This document shows positions 54,800 to 64,000 of a DNA stretch of 64,000 nt, piece after piece. The notes beneath the pieces are model-generated. The model was not told where the DNA came from, ran no database searches, and saw only the letters and a program-made list of their open reading frames with translations. The translations under genes and the position numbers were made by a program. The stretch comes from Pseudomonadales bacterium (GTDB lineage: Bacteria > Pseudomonadota > Gammaproteobacteria > Pseudomonadales > DC-out160). The stretch spans positions 1,431-65,430 of the forward strand of contig JAHRWA010000026.1 in NCBI GenBank assembly GCA_019090455.1. Direction: 5' to 3'. The first letter of the stretch is position 1, and the number at the start of each line of letters is the position of its first letter.

Positions 54800-55319
54800 A
54801 ATGGCCCTTAATTTGTTTCAGATGGTTAAGATTTTAGTGCCCACATATTTAAATGTTGTCTGGGTTATTCTAGTTTTAGCAAATATTATGCCAAAGTATA
54901 AATAACTATATAAAACAATATGTTAGTATTTTTTATCTTGTTTTAAGTTATTCATATGTAAAATAATTCGACATGTTATTAAGGCAGTCATTTGACCTAC
55001 AATGTGGACATTTAAGGGAAGCTGCTTATGGATAAAAAACTGCCGGGATTATAAGGAGAAAAATCGGTCGAGTGGGCCTATGGGCTCGTGTATTTTGACC
55101 CCGTGATTTACTGTCAGCTTATTCGCCGGTGTCGAAGGTGACGAAAATCGGTTCGCGATCAAAATATTATCAAGGATCTGAATATCGCATTGAAGATGTT
55201 GGCGTGGATACTCCTCGTGAAAGGTGTTGCAGAAAACAATGGATAATGGTGCTTTTCAGAGACGAAAGGATTATTAGCGGCTGCCGAAATCAGAGAAGTG
55301 ACGGCAGGAATTAGAAAAA

Positions 55320-56369
55320 TTATACACACTTTATATCGCCGCCGATAAGAACAGGCTTAACACACAGCAGGTAGGCTTTGCTTTGGGCGCCATTGGTTCG
55401 AGGAGCGGTGTATGAGTTATTGCCGATGTTAGGTGCATGTGATTCATCTGTCAGTAGTCTGCCGGTCACGCCTCTTATTTTACGGTCAAAAAAGTGAGAT
55501 CTCATTCCTCTAGCACTTCTTGATAAGACGAGACCGTCATTTTTCCCCCACAGTCGTAAAGCCGAATATATCCATTGGTTCAATTTTTTCTCAAAATTGG
55601 ATTTTGGGGCTTCGCCACCAATAAAATAATAATCCACTCCCAGAGCACGTTTTTTTCTATTCAATCGACGCATGTTTTTTCGGGTGATCTCACAGCCAGG
55701 GGATTGTCCTACGCTGCAATCCATACCCAGTCCTTCTGCTAAATAAACTAATGCCCCAATAGGTAGACCTTTGTGGGGGCTACCCAAAGTAAAAATTTTC
55801 TCAACATTATCAGCATAGGGATGAAACAACGCTTCATTTTCTAGGTAATAGCGACTAACCAAACCTCCTAAACTCGCCGCGATGATAGTCACCTTTCCCT
55901 CTGCATCATAGCCACTCACCTCGGCAATTTGTTGGGCCAAGCATGCAGCATTCTCCGCCAAAGGTAATGTACCGGCGGGGTTTGAAGTGTAGTGAGCAAA
56001 CCAGACATCAAACCCTGATTCCACTAACCAAATTGGCATGCCTTTGTCGTCCTCATCAATCATATACGGTTGCAATATCTCCTTATCAATGATGGCGCCA
56101 GTGTCATCTAATCGAAGCTGCTGTATCCCCATCTCGCAATTAAAGCCTTCGCTACCTGCGATGTCTTCCTCCAGCTGGGATGGATTTGCAAAGCCTCTAA
56201 ATCCATGGACGAAGACAATTACTTGATTTCCATTGGCGCGTGAGTCAGGGCTGCCTACAGTGTCTTCACTGTATTCATTATAAGAGGATGAGTAAGAGGT
56301 TGTTGCACAAACGCTTGCACAGAAATAAAGGAGACTTATAAATAACTTAGAATAATTCATGATTAGCAC
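55320..56369 (-). CDS. Secreted alpha/beta hydrolase, lipase/esterase-like
   Basis: Signal peptide, VIVFVHGFRGF and a nucleophile-elbow variant AASLGG. Confidence 0.6.
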   Translation of the reverse strand: MLIMNYSKLFISLLYFCASVCATTSYSSSYNEYSEDTVGSPDSRANGNQVIVFVHGFRGFANPSQLEEDIAGSEGFNCEMGIQQLRLDDTGAIIDKEILQPYMIDEDDKGMPIWLVESGFDVWFAHYTSNPAGTLPLAENAACLAQQIAEVSGYDAEGKVTIIAASLGGLVSRYYLENEALFHPYADNVEKIFTLGSPHKGLPIGALVYLAEGLGMDCSVGQSPGCEITRKNMRRLNRKKRALGVDYYFIGGEAPKSNFEKKLNQWIYSALRLWGKNDGLVLSRSARGMRSHFFDRKIRGVTGRLLTDESHAPNIGNNSYTAPRTNGAQSKAYLLCVKPVLIGGDIKCV

Positions 56370-56530
56370 CGAGAGTTGTTGTTATTATAAATAGTTATTT
56401 TGTTATTCAGTATTGAGAGATAGTTATTGCAGGCAAAGGTTTCTTTCTAGTAAATAAAGCAAGGAGCCGATGGTAGCATTAACGCAGTATTCTCTAATAC
56501 TGTTTATTTATACAAATAAATGGAATTAAA

Positions 56531-56561
56531 CGAAAACAAAAATAACGCAGATCCGATCTGC
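56531..56561 (-). terminator. Rho-independent terminator of the MFS gene
   Basis: On the minus strand, GCAGAT cgg ATCTGC (56547-56561) is followed by GTTATTTTTGTTTTCG. Confidence 0.6.
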
Positions 56562-56594
56562 AAATGCGTATCGGAATGGAACCGCTTGGTTTAA

Positions 56595-57809
56595 TTAGCG
56601 AGGAAGAACATTACCCCATCGTGCCACAGTGGATCTATCCGGTTTCTGAGGAATATTCCTAGCAAGGATTAGAGAGCAGCACGCAAAACCTGAGCCCACG
56701 AGAAACACTAAAGTGGGAGATGATAACCAGAGTATGCCTAATAAAGCTGGGATGATTACGGCGGCAATATGGTTGATAGAAAAGCTGACTCCAGCGGATG
56801 ATGCGATATCTTTTGGATCTACTATTTTTTGGAAATAGGTTTTTATCGCAATAGCCATGGAGAAAAACAAGTGGTCGATGATATACAACCCAGCTGCGAT
56901 GTTTGCGTTTTCGACAAAAGCATAGGCGATGAATAAAATAATAAGTCCGCAGTATTCCAGTGTTAATGCATTACGCTCGCCGATTTTTCCTATCATCGCA
57001 CCAATTTTAGGTGCTGCGTAGAGATTGATAACGTGGTTTGCTAAAAAGAGTAAGGCAATGCTTGAAACACTATAACCAAACTTCTCAACCATCATGAATC
57101 CGGCAAAGACCACAAATATTTGCCTGCGGGCACCCCCTAAAAAAGTGAGCGAATAATAAAGCCAATAGTTTTTACGCAAAACCAAGTGTTTGTGTTGTGC
57201 TTCTTTTTCTGGAAACTTAGGGAATAAGAAAAAGCATAATAAGGCGACGAATACAGTTGAAACCCCCGCCAGGAGATAAACCCATTTGAACGGTAAATCA
57301 AACAAGGTTCCAGTTAGCCAAATGAGGCCGTAAGCAAGGATAGAAGCGAAGGAGCTGGCAGCGACTATTTTTCCTAAAATGGCGGGTGCTTTATCTTTGG
57401 GTAACCATTGTAGGCTGAGAGAGGTTTGCATGGTTTCGTAATAGTGAAACCCAACAGACATAAAAACAGTCGTGCAGTAAAGACCAAGGGTGCTAGGGAA
57501 GAAGCCCGTTAAGGCGACACCGGCACCCAAGGCGGCTAGGGATAACAAAGCGAATGTTTGTTCTCGAAATATCAGGAGTAAGAAGACAGCAGTAAAAGCT
57601 AAAAATCCCGGTACTTCTCGCAGGCTTTGTAACAGTCCAATTTCAGCGCCAGTGAAGTGGCCTTGCTCGATAACGAAATTGTTGAGCAGGGCCATCCAGG
57701 TGGAAAAAGACAGCGGTACACCTATTGCCATTAGCATCAACAGTATTTCTGGTTTTTGCCAGTGTGTGCGTTGTCGGCTGAGTTGTAGGTTGAACTGTTT
57801 TGTTTCCAC
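56595..57809 (-). CDS. MFS transporter (12-TMS type)
   Basis: 404 aa with about 12 hydrophobic segments. Substrate cannot be inferred. Confidence 0.8.
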   Translation of the reverse strand: METKQFNLQLSRQRTHWQKPEILLMLMAIGVPLSFSTWMALLNNFVIEQGHFTGAEIGLLQSLREVPGFLAFTAVFLLLIFREQTFALLSLAALGAGVALTGFFPSTLGLYCTTVFMSVGFHYYETMQTSLSLQWLPKDKAPAILGKIVAASSFASILAYGLIWLTGTLFDLPFKWVYLLAGVSTVFVALLCFFLFPKFPEKEAQHKHLVLRKNYWLYYSLTFLGGARRQIFVVFAGFMMVEKFGYSVSSIALLFLANHVINLYAAPKIGAMIGKIGERNALTLEYCGLIILFIAYAFVENANIAAGLYIIDHLFFSMAIAIKTYFQKIVDPKDIASSAGVSFSINHIAAVIIPALLGILWLSSPTLVFLVGSGFACCSLILARNIPQKPDRSTVARWGNVLPR

Positions 57810-57839
57810 TGATGTGTCTTCTCTAGTGATACTGATAAA

Positions 57840-58475
57840 TTACATTGCTTTTAAGGCGGCCTTGTTTTCGGCGACCACTTGTTGGGCAACATCGGTGGCG
57901 TCTATCAAGGACATGAGTTCTGCCAATCCTTCAACCTCTGTGACGATATCTCTTTTTAATACAACCTTGCCGGCAGCTTTCGCTAGCTTGATTGAGTAGT
58001 AAATTAAGATATCAGCTGCTGTGAGGTTTTCCCCACAAGCATAGGGGCTAAATGAGGCATGATGTTGAAACGCAGCGATGCCTCGGCTAAGCATAGCATC
58101 TGCCGTTTTCTTAGTTTCTTCAGCCACTTTTTCTCTGCCCATTAATTCCGGTACCAAAGTGTGCGCGGGTGCCTCTATGTAGAGTTCCACAGTCTTTAAT
58201 ACTTCTTTGACTTTGGCTTTTTCAAAAGGATCTGAGGGGTAGAGAGGTGTGTCAGGATACACCTCATCGAGATATTCAAGAATGATGTTGGTTTCAGTGA
58301 GAATGCCTTGCTCTGTTTCGATAAAGGGGACTTTCCCCATAGGGCTTTTAGCGAGCATTTCCGGTCCTTGGTCGGGCAGTGCAGTCACTGCCTCATACTC
58401 AATACCTTTCACAAACAATGCGTGCTTGACCATATTGTAGTAGTTGCTGACTGCGTATCCATGGAGCTTTAACAT
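57840..58475 (-). CDS. Glutathione S-transferase
   Basis: N-terminal thioredoxin-like MLKLHGYAVSNYYNMVKHAL, then GKVPFIE, and a helical C-terminal domain. Length is 211 aa. Confidence 0.8.
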   Translation of the reverse strand: MLKLHGYAVSNYYNMVKHALFVKGIEYEAVTALPDQGPEMLAKSPMGKVPFIETEQGILTETNIILEYLDEVYPDTPLYPSDPFEKAKVKEVLKTVELYIEAPAHTLVPELMGREKVAEETKKTADAMLSRGIAAFQHHASFSPYACGENLTAADILIYYSIKLAKAAGKVVLKRDIVTEVEGLAELMSLIDATDVAQQVVAENKAALKAM

Positions 58476-58542
58476 TAGATATCCTTCCTTTTTGTGATTG
58501 AGATGTTGGATAGGGTACTGCCCTTGTAACCGGTGAAAATTT

Positions 58543-59310
58543 TTATCCGGTATAAAGCTTTTTTATGATTTGTCGTGCAAGTTTGGCAGGTAGGTGCCGC
58601 GTGAGTTGCCAAGTGAGCTTCATTTGAGTGGTGACGGGTCTATGGAGTTCTCTTGATTCAGTTAAGGCAAAGATCTCCTTGGAGATGTCCTCCGCAGATA
58701 ATTTAACAGGAGAATTTTTCAGTATTCCTGAATCGGAAGTCAACGTTGTTACCATAGGTGTGCTGACAAACGGAGGCATCACATCAGATACCATAATGTC
58801 ATCAGATTCCCACTCGATGTTGAGTGCCTCAGTGAGCGCACGAACAGCAAACTTACTGGCAGAATAGCTGGCAAAATCCGGGATACCATAAATGGCAGAG
58901 GCGGAACTCATGCTAATCACATGGGCCTTGGGTGTCATCTTGAGATAAGGGAATGCAGCGTGCGACATGTTGATCACGCCTTTGACGTTGATGTCGATAA
59001 TTTTGCCGTGTTGGGCTGGTGTAATCTCTGCGAAGGGAGCAACAGTGAGAATGCCGGCATTATTGAAGAGCACATTGATTTTGCCGTTCGTCTTATCGGT
59101 AAACTCTTTTAGAGCCTTGCGGCATTGGGTGGATTTAGTCACATCGACTTCATGAATGCTGTATCGGTCGTTGGTAAAAGTGGCTGTGAGGTTCTGTACA
59201 TCATCGATATTGATGTCGCTGAGCCCCACATACCAGCCTTTGTCAGAAAAGTACTTAGCTGTCGCTGCGCCGATACCGGATGCAGCGCCAGTGATAAAAA
59301 TCGAATTCAT
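58543..59310 (-). CDS. SDR-family oxidoreductase
   Basis: ITGAASGIGAATA, NNAG and catalytic YSASK. Confidence 0.9.
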   Translation of the reverse strand: MNSIFITGAASGIGAATAKYFSDKGWYVGLSDINIDDVQNLTATFTNDRYSIHEVDVTKSTQCRKALKEFTDKTNGKINVLFNNAGILTVAPFAEITPAQHGKIIDINVKGVINMSHAAFPYLKMTPKAHVISMSSASAIYGIPDFASYSASKFAVRALTEALNIEWESDDIMVSDVMPPFVSTPMVTTLTSDSGILKNSPVKLSAEDISKEIFALTESRELHRPVTTQMKLTWQLTRHLPAKLARQIIKKLYTG

Positions 59311-59589
59311 GGGTGGTTCCTATTATTGATAATTCTGAGGTATTGATGTTGCTGAACTTATTGAAAATGAAAAAATTCTTAGTGCCATGTGTGTTAGGCG
59401 CAGGTGTCAGGCATATAAGTGGTGCTATTCTGCCCTTTGTGAAAGGTCGACATTTTAGGTTGCTAAGGTCGTTTTAGCTAATGTTTTTTATGTTTCTAGG
59501 TTAAATGCTGCACGCTTCCCTAGTCTCGTGGTAAAACAGGGCGGCAAGTCAGTCGACCTATTAATTGATTTAGAAAAGGAAATTAGGAA

Positions 59590-59892
59590 ATGATATATGT
59601 TGCGTATTTTTTTATCGGTGCTTTTTTCGTGAATAGCATCCCCCATATTGTGCATGGTGTTAGTGGCAGCAAGTTTCAAAGCCCATTTGCAAAGCCGCCT
59701 GGGGTGGGTGAATCATCGGCAGTGGTGAATGTGTTGTGGGGTGCTTTCAATTTTATTGCTGCCTACATTTGGCTTTCTTATTTAGGTTTTTGTGAAATCG
59801 GATTGAATGCGTGCACGATCGCTCTCGTTTGTGGTGGTCTCGTGACGGGGATAACCTTAGCGATCCATTTTGGCCGAGTACGTAATCCATAA
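59590..59892 (+). CDS. Small membrane protein (3 predicted TM segments), unknown function
   Basis: 100-aa hydrophobic ORF in an otherwise empty gap. No family recognised. Confidence 0.4.
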   Translation: MIYVAYFFIGAFFVNSIPHIVHGVSGSKFQSPFAKPPGVGESSAVVNVLWGAFNFIAAYIWLSYLGFCEIGLNACTIALVCGGLVTGITLAIHFGRVRNP

Positions 59893-59924
59893 CTAGTATG
59901 GCGCTTACTAGCGGAGATTGTGGT

Positions 59925-61526
59925 TCAGTTGCTCTCAAAATATTCGTCATATTTTTCTTGAGCCTCTTCGCCGAAGAGAATATGACAAGCCTCCAGTAGG
60001 CCGGGTGAGTTTCGTAGGTCTTCCTTACTCACCACTAATGCTATTTTCGAGCGCCGTCTAAGAAAGTCCTCCAGTTTTATGATCATTTCTCGTTGAGCAG
60101 CTTGTTCTATTTCGCAGCGCGTATATTCTGCATTTTCAATGAGGAGTTCTGCATCGCGGGGATCGTTACGAATATTCTCCAATAGACCTAAAGCGTTTGC
60201 ACCATATCGTCGCCATAGTCTAGAGGTAAGAGGTTCCGATGAGGAGCTATGGGTAAGGCTATCCAGATTCAAGAGTTTAGATTGGTGGAGGTATTCTTCT
60301 TTAACACTGTTGTGTGGCTCGCCATACCATTTCTTTTCGGGGTAGGGAAAATGAATACCCATGTTTTGTAGCCTTTTAACCACTTCATTTCCTACGTTAA
60401 TGCAGTCTGTTAATTTCCCGCCGAAGATACTGAGATGCTGATCCTTCTTGTTAGTATCGATGGCGTGTTTGCGTGACAGTTTTAACCAATCGCTATGGGT
60501 ATCTGCTTGTTTTATCGCTAAGGGGCGGACACCGCAACGTTCAGCAATAATATCTTTTTTGGTTAGGGGAGTGGGCAAGTTGAGTAGCGCGTTGACGTTG
60601 TCGAGAACAAATTGCCGATCTTCATCGGTAATCTGGGTGATAGGGTCTTTGACCTGTGTATCGGTGGTACCGATGCAAGTCTTAGGGCCCATGGGGATAA
60701 CAAAAAATAAACGGCCATCGCTGGCGAAAAAAGCCAGTACTCGACTGTTATCGGTTATTTTATTCACCATCAAATGAATGCCCTTGGAGAATGCATGGTG
60801 GTGAGCGGTCTTCTGTTGAGTGATGAGATTGTGTTGATCCGTGAGAGGGCCGCAGGCGTTAATTAGCGCTTTGGCTTTTATTTGAAAACGTTGCCCTGAG
60901 ATATTGTCTTTGGCGTCAATGGTCCACAGGTTTGATTCTCTTTTTGCGCCAAGAGATTCGACATAGTTAGTCGCGATGCAGCCAAAGTTCAGGCTAGAAC
61001 GAATGAAATTGAAAACGAAGCGCGCATCGTTGTCGTAAAGATAACAGTCTGAATATTCGAACCCGGCTTTTACGTTTTGTGTATTAACTATGGGTTCTTT
61101 TACGTTGATTTGATTTTTGCTGAGATAGCGAGGGGCTTGTGTAAAAAAACGACCTATTAGCCAATAGAGTAGTGTACCAAAATAAACGAAAATGACGGGT
61201 AGTCGAAAGCCTTTTTGTATCGAGGTGAAAAAGCGAATTTCCTGTACCGTTGACGGATAGCTTTTCATTAAGTGGTTTCGACTTTTGCAGAGTTTATTCA
61301 CTAAAAGGAAATCAAAATTCTCTAAGTACTTAATGCCTCCCCAGGCGAGATTGGATGAATTAGAACTGGTGACTCCAGCGAAATCACCTTTATCGATTAA
61401 AGCGACCTTTGCACCTTTCGTGGCTAAGGCTGCTGCGGAAACGGCACCATTAATCCCCCCACCCAAAATCAAGACATCAAAAGTCTCATGTTGGAGTTTG
61501 GCTATGTTGGTGTCTCGCAATGTCAT
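59925..61526 (-). CDS. FAD-dependent glycerol-3-phosphate dehydrogenase/oxidase-like oxidoreductase (GlpD family)
   Basis: The N-terminal DVLILGGGINGA dinucleotide fold, the 533-aa length and a C-terminal helical domain resemble GlpD. Confidence 0.75.
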   Translation of the reverse strand: MTLRDTNIAKLQHETFDVLILGGGINGAVSAAALATKGAKVALIDKGDFAGVTSSNSSNLAWGGIKYLENFDFLLVNKLCKSRNHLMKSYPSTVQEIRFFTSIQKGFRLPVIFVYFGTLLYWLIGRFFTQAPRYLSKNQINVKEPIVNTQNVKAGFEYSDCYLYDNDARFVFNFIRSSLNFGCIATNYVESLGAKRESNLWTIDAKDNISGQRFQIKAKALINACGPLTDQHNLITQQKTAHHHAFSKGIHLMVNKITDNSRVLAFFASDGRLFFVIPMGPKTCIGTTDTQVKDPITQITDEDRQFVLDNVNALLNLPTPLTKKDIIAERCGVRPLAIKQADTHSDWLKLSRKHAIDTNKKDQHLSIFGGKLTDCINVGNEVVKRLQNMGIHFPYPEKKWYGEPHNSVKEEYLHQSKLLNLDSLTHSSSSEPLTSRLWRRYGANALGLLENIRNDPRDAELLIENAEYTRCEIEQAAQREMIIKLEDFLRRRSKIALVVSKEDLRNSPGLLEACHILFGEEAQEKYDEYFESN

Positions 61527-61538
61527 GGTTATCGTATC

Positions 61539-63848
61539 TTAGTCTTGTGACTGCAGTTTAATGGCGGCATCTACAATACTGTCTTTTGTGGGCAGTAGAT
61601 ATTGCCATGATTTACCAATAGGGATAAAACAATCTTCGGCTGTTAATCGGGAGACTCTTGGGCGGAGTTCACAGTTTTCCGAAATCCAAGATAGGATTTG
61701 TTCACTTAAGCTGCCGGTTCGTCTGCATTCGTCGACGATTAATGTTTTCTCAACCCCAATGAGCTGTTCTTTTAATTGGGCTTCTGGCAAGGGTGCTAGC
61801 CAGCGAAGGTCAATCAGCTTACTGCTGATACCGTGTTGCTCTTGTAATTGTTTTTGCGCCTGCCTTGAAAGGTAAGCCCCGTTCGCATAGGAAATTATGG
61901 CAATGTCTATTTTTTTATTGGAATTGATCTCATTATCATCGCTATAAAATGCAGCCACCGTACCTAAAGGGATTCGAGACGCTGCTTGTTCATCGGCAGA
62001 AGGTTCATCGATAGAAGGTTTATCCTTTGATGCATGATAGGGGGACATCCATAGTCCGTCGCCTTCAGTGTGCAAATCCTTTGTCATGTATAGCGCAATG
62101 GGCTCCAAAAAAAGACATACGCGACCGTTGCAGTGGGCTTGATAGAAAAGCTCTTTTAGCATCTTTGCCGCATCAGCTCCATTGGATGGGCAGGCAATAA
62201 TGATACCGGGAATTTCTCTCAAAAAGGCAATTGCATTGTCGTTGTGGAAGTGGCCGCCGAACCCCTTTTGATAAGCCAGTGAAGCGATGCGTATCACCAT
62301 GGGGTTAGTGAATTGTTGATTCGAAAAAAAGGAGAGAGTAGCGGCTTCTCCACGAAGTTGATCAATGGCATTGTGGGTGTAGGCTAGGAACTGAATCTCC
62401 GGTATGGGCAGTAAACCCTGAGCGCTCATTCCAATGGCCATGCCTAAAATCGTGGTTTCGTCGAGAATGGTGTCCATCACTCGGCGTTGACCAAATCGTT
62501 TCTGCAAGCCTGAGGTGACGTTATAGACTCCGCCTTTGGCACCAATGTCTTCACCCAGAATAATGGCATTGCTGTACTGAAGCATGAGGTCTGTTAACGC
62601 GGCGTTGATATGCTGGTTGAGGTTTCTTGGCTTGCCGAGTTGGGACCAGCCTTTACCAAAGGTTTCTTGTCTTGCTTCTATTGTGGGTAAGTGTGGTTGC
62701 TGTTTTTGATTTGGCGCTGGGAGTATGCTGGCTTTTATTTCTGCGACAGATTGTAAACCCAATTTCCCCGATAATTTCTCAGCCTCACTATCGACGAGTC
62801 GTCGCGTATTATCGTAACGTTGTGCTAGCGCTTTCGGCGTCGCGTAGCCTGCATCGATGAGTAATTTAGCGTTGTGGATCAGCGGATCGTCAGATTCGGT
62901 TTTTTCAATTTCGATCTGGCTGCGATAAACGGATTCAATATCCGATCCCGCATGGCCCATGAGACGAACTGTTTTGAGGTGTAGAAAAACAGGTTCTTGG
63001 CGATCTCGTAGTATGTGCTCCGCTTCTTTTGCGGCACGATAAGTGTCTGCCATGCTGAGGCCATTGGCTTGGATATAGTGTAAGCCTGTTCGACCTTGTA
63101 CATTCGATTGTATCCAGTCCGAAGGGGTAGGTACGGAAATGCCGATGCCGTTATCTTCACAAATGAATAAGAGTGGTAGGGGGTAATGATTGTGTGCAAT
63201 AAATTGGGCGCTATTGAGGGATGTTTGTGTGCAGGCGTGATTGAATGAGGCATCGCCAAAACTGCACAATACGAGATTTCGAATCTTTTTGTCTTTTAAC
63301 CCAAGCTCTTTGGCTTTGGTGAGTCCGTAAGCCGCACCTACGGATTTCGGTAAATGAGAGGCGATGGTACTGGTTTGAGGCGGGACGTTTAAAGCGAGAC
63401 TGCCGAATACTTTGTGTCGTCCCGAGGAAATGGGGTCCTCTTTTGCTGCCATGAGAGAGAGGATGTTGTCCTTTATGATGGAGTTCGAATCCTTCGGCTG
63501 ACCTTTCAGCTGTTTACTTCTTTGTATCATAAAGGCACCGCTACGATAGTGTAGAAATGCCATATCCTCTATCCCAAATACGTGACCTAAAACCGCGTTG
63601 TTCTCATGACCGCTACTGCCAATGGTGTAGAAGGCGGCTCCTGTTTCTTTTAATCGACGAGCGAGTAAGTCCAGATGGCGGCTCACCAGTTGTGAATCAA
63701 AAATATCCAGGCACTTAGCTTGATTGAGATCAATGTCTCGCAAGGTGGATGTGTCTTTCGCTGGCGGGAAATGAAGATTGGTGAGTGCCTGCTTGAAATT
63801 TGAATCAACAACTGATGTTCTGTCTAAGACGGGTTGTGTGCTTTTCAT
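61539..63848 (-). CDS. Fused alpha-beta E1 component of a 2-oxoacid dehydrogenase (TPP-dependent)
   Basis: The N-terminal half carries the TPP motif GDASFNH...EDNGIGIS (E1 alpha). The C-terminal half carries GEDIGAKGGVYNVTSGLQKRFGQRRVMDTILDETTILGMAIG (E1 beta). Confidence 0.8.
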   Translation of the reverse strand: MKSTQPVLDRTSVVDSNFKQALTNLHFPPAKDTSTLRDIDLNQAKCLDIFDSQLVSRHLDLLARRLKETGAAFYTIGSSGHENNAVLGHVFGIEDMAFLHYRSGAFMIQRSKQLKGQPKDSNSIIKDNILSLMAAKEDPISSGRHKVFGSLALNVPPQTSTIASHLPKSVGAAYGLTKAKELGLKDKKIRNLVLCSFGDASFNHACTQTSLNSAQFIAHNHYPLPLLFICEDNGIGISVPTPSDWIQSNVQGRTGLHYIQANGLSMADTYRAAKEAEHILRDRQEPVFLHLKTVRLMGHAGSDIESVYRSQIEIEKTESDDPLIHNAKLLIDAGYATPKALAQRYDNTRRLVDSEAEKLSGKLGLQSVAEIKASILPAPNQKQQPHLPTIEARQETFGKGWSQLGKPRNLNQHINAALTDLMLQYSNAIILGEDIGAKGGVYNVTSGLQKRFGQRRVMDTILDETTILGMAIGMSAQGLLPIPEIQFLAYTHNAIDQLRGEAATLSFFSNQQFTNPMVIRIASLAYQKGFGGHFHNDNAIAFLREIPGIIIACPSNGADAAKMLKELFYQAHCNGRVCLFLEPIALYMTKDLHTEGDGLWMSPYHASKDKPSIDEPSADEQAASRIPLGTVAAFYSDDNEINSNKKIDIAIISYANGAYLSRQAQKQLQEQHGISSKLIDLRWLAPLPEAQLKEQLIGVEKTLIVDECRRTGSLSEQILSWISENCELRPRVSRLTAEDCFIPIGKSWQYLLPTKDSIVDAAIKLQSQD

Positions 63849-64000
63849 CGGAACTCAATTCCTTGTGAGTTTTTCCGTATCGAATAAAATTGGCTAATAA
63901 TGGAAAATCATTAATGCTAAGTGTAGCTGAGCTGAGCTGAACTGAATCGAGGAGGATTTGGGCTGATGTGCGAGGCTTGAAATGTAATGTTAAGCTAGAG

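Noticed and set aside
55129-55314. 61-aa ORF in the AT-rich gap upstream of the lipase-like gene
   Set aside because: It has a GTG start and an odd composition, and it is adjacent to other broken frames. It is more likely non-coding or a gene remnant.
1-64000. Search for an integron integrase, transposase, other recombinase, tRNA/rRNA or CRISPR array
   Set aside because: No ORF shows tyrosine-recombinase (R..HxxR..Y), DDE or serine-recombinase motifs. No cloverleaf-like or rRNA-like segments and no regularly spaced repeat-spacer array were seen by eye. Absence cannot be proven without tools.

Overview
This is a 64-kb chromosomal window from a moderately AT-rich proteobacterium. It is probably a marine or environmental gammaproteobacterium, inferred only from gene content (EmrAB-like pump, FadL-like porin, CspA, PEP-CTERM protein, RlmJ). 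I support about 55 protein-coding genes. By eye I found no rRNA, tRNA, CRISPR array, transposase or integrase.

Most of the window is ordinary metabolic and regulatory cargo. This includes an LLM oxidoreductase-EmrA-EmrB operon and a Baeyer-Villiger monooxygenase, CoA-transferase, acyl-CoA dehydrogenase and aldehyde dehydrogenase lipid cluster. It also includes two exported methionine-sulfoxide reductases, two sensor systems, an acyl-CoA ligase with a LysR regulator, SDRs, a GST and MFS transporters.

Three blocks look accessory and deserve follow-up.

1. Positions 1-5.1 kb hold a cassette-array-like run of short unrelated genes: two HAD hydrolases, a cupin, a GNAT, a small membrane protein, an Imm11-like protein and a 53-aa ORF. 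They are separated by five to six copies of one highly structured repeat family. Each copy begins at the stop codons, and G-T wobble substitutions favour folding of the plus strand. This resembles an integron-like, integrase-less array, but the sites are atypically long.

2. Positions 22.1-29.4 kb hold an orphan VgrG island: vgrG, a DUF6484-like gene, DUF2169, a Cys-less ketosynthase-like protein, a TIGR02270/HEAT-like protein and a minimal DUF4150 PAAR-like cap. There is no recognisable toxin-immunity pair and no T6SS core genes.

3. Positions 45.9-54.0 kb hold a co-directional trio: a secreted or membrane trypsin-like protease, a translationally coupled FHA-domain polytopic membrane protein, and a 1907-aa head-to-tail double UvrA paralogue with four ABC modules.

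All family assignments come from motif recognition by eye in the supplied translations. No database search was possible.
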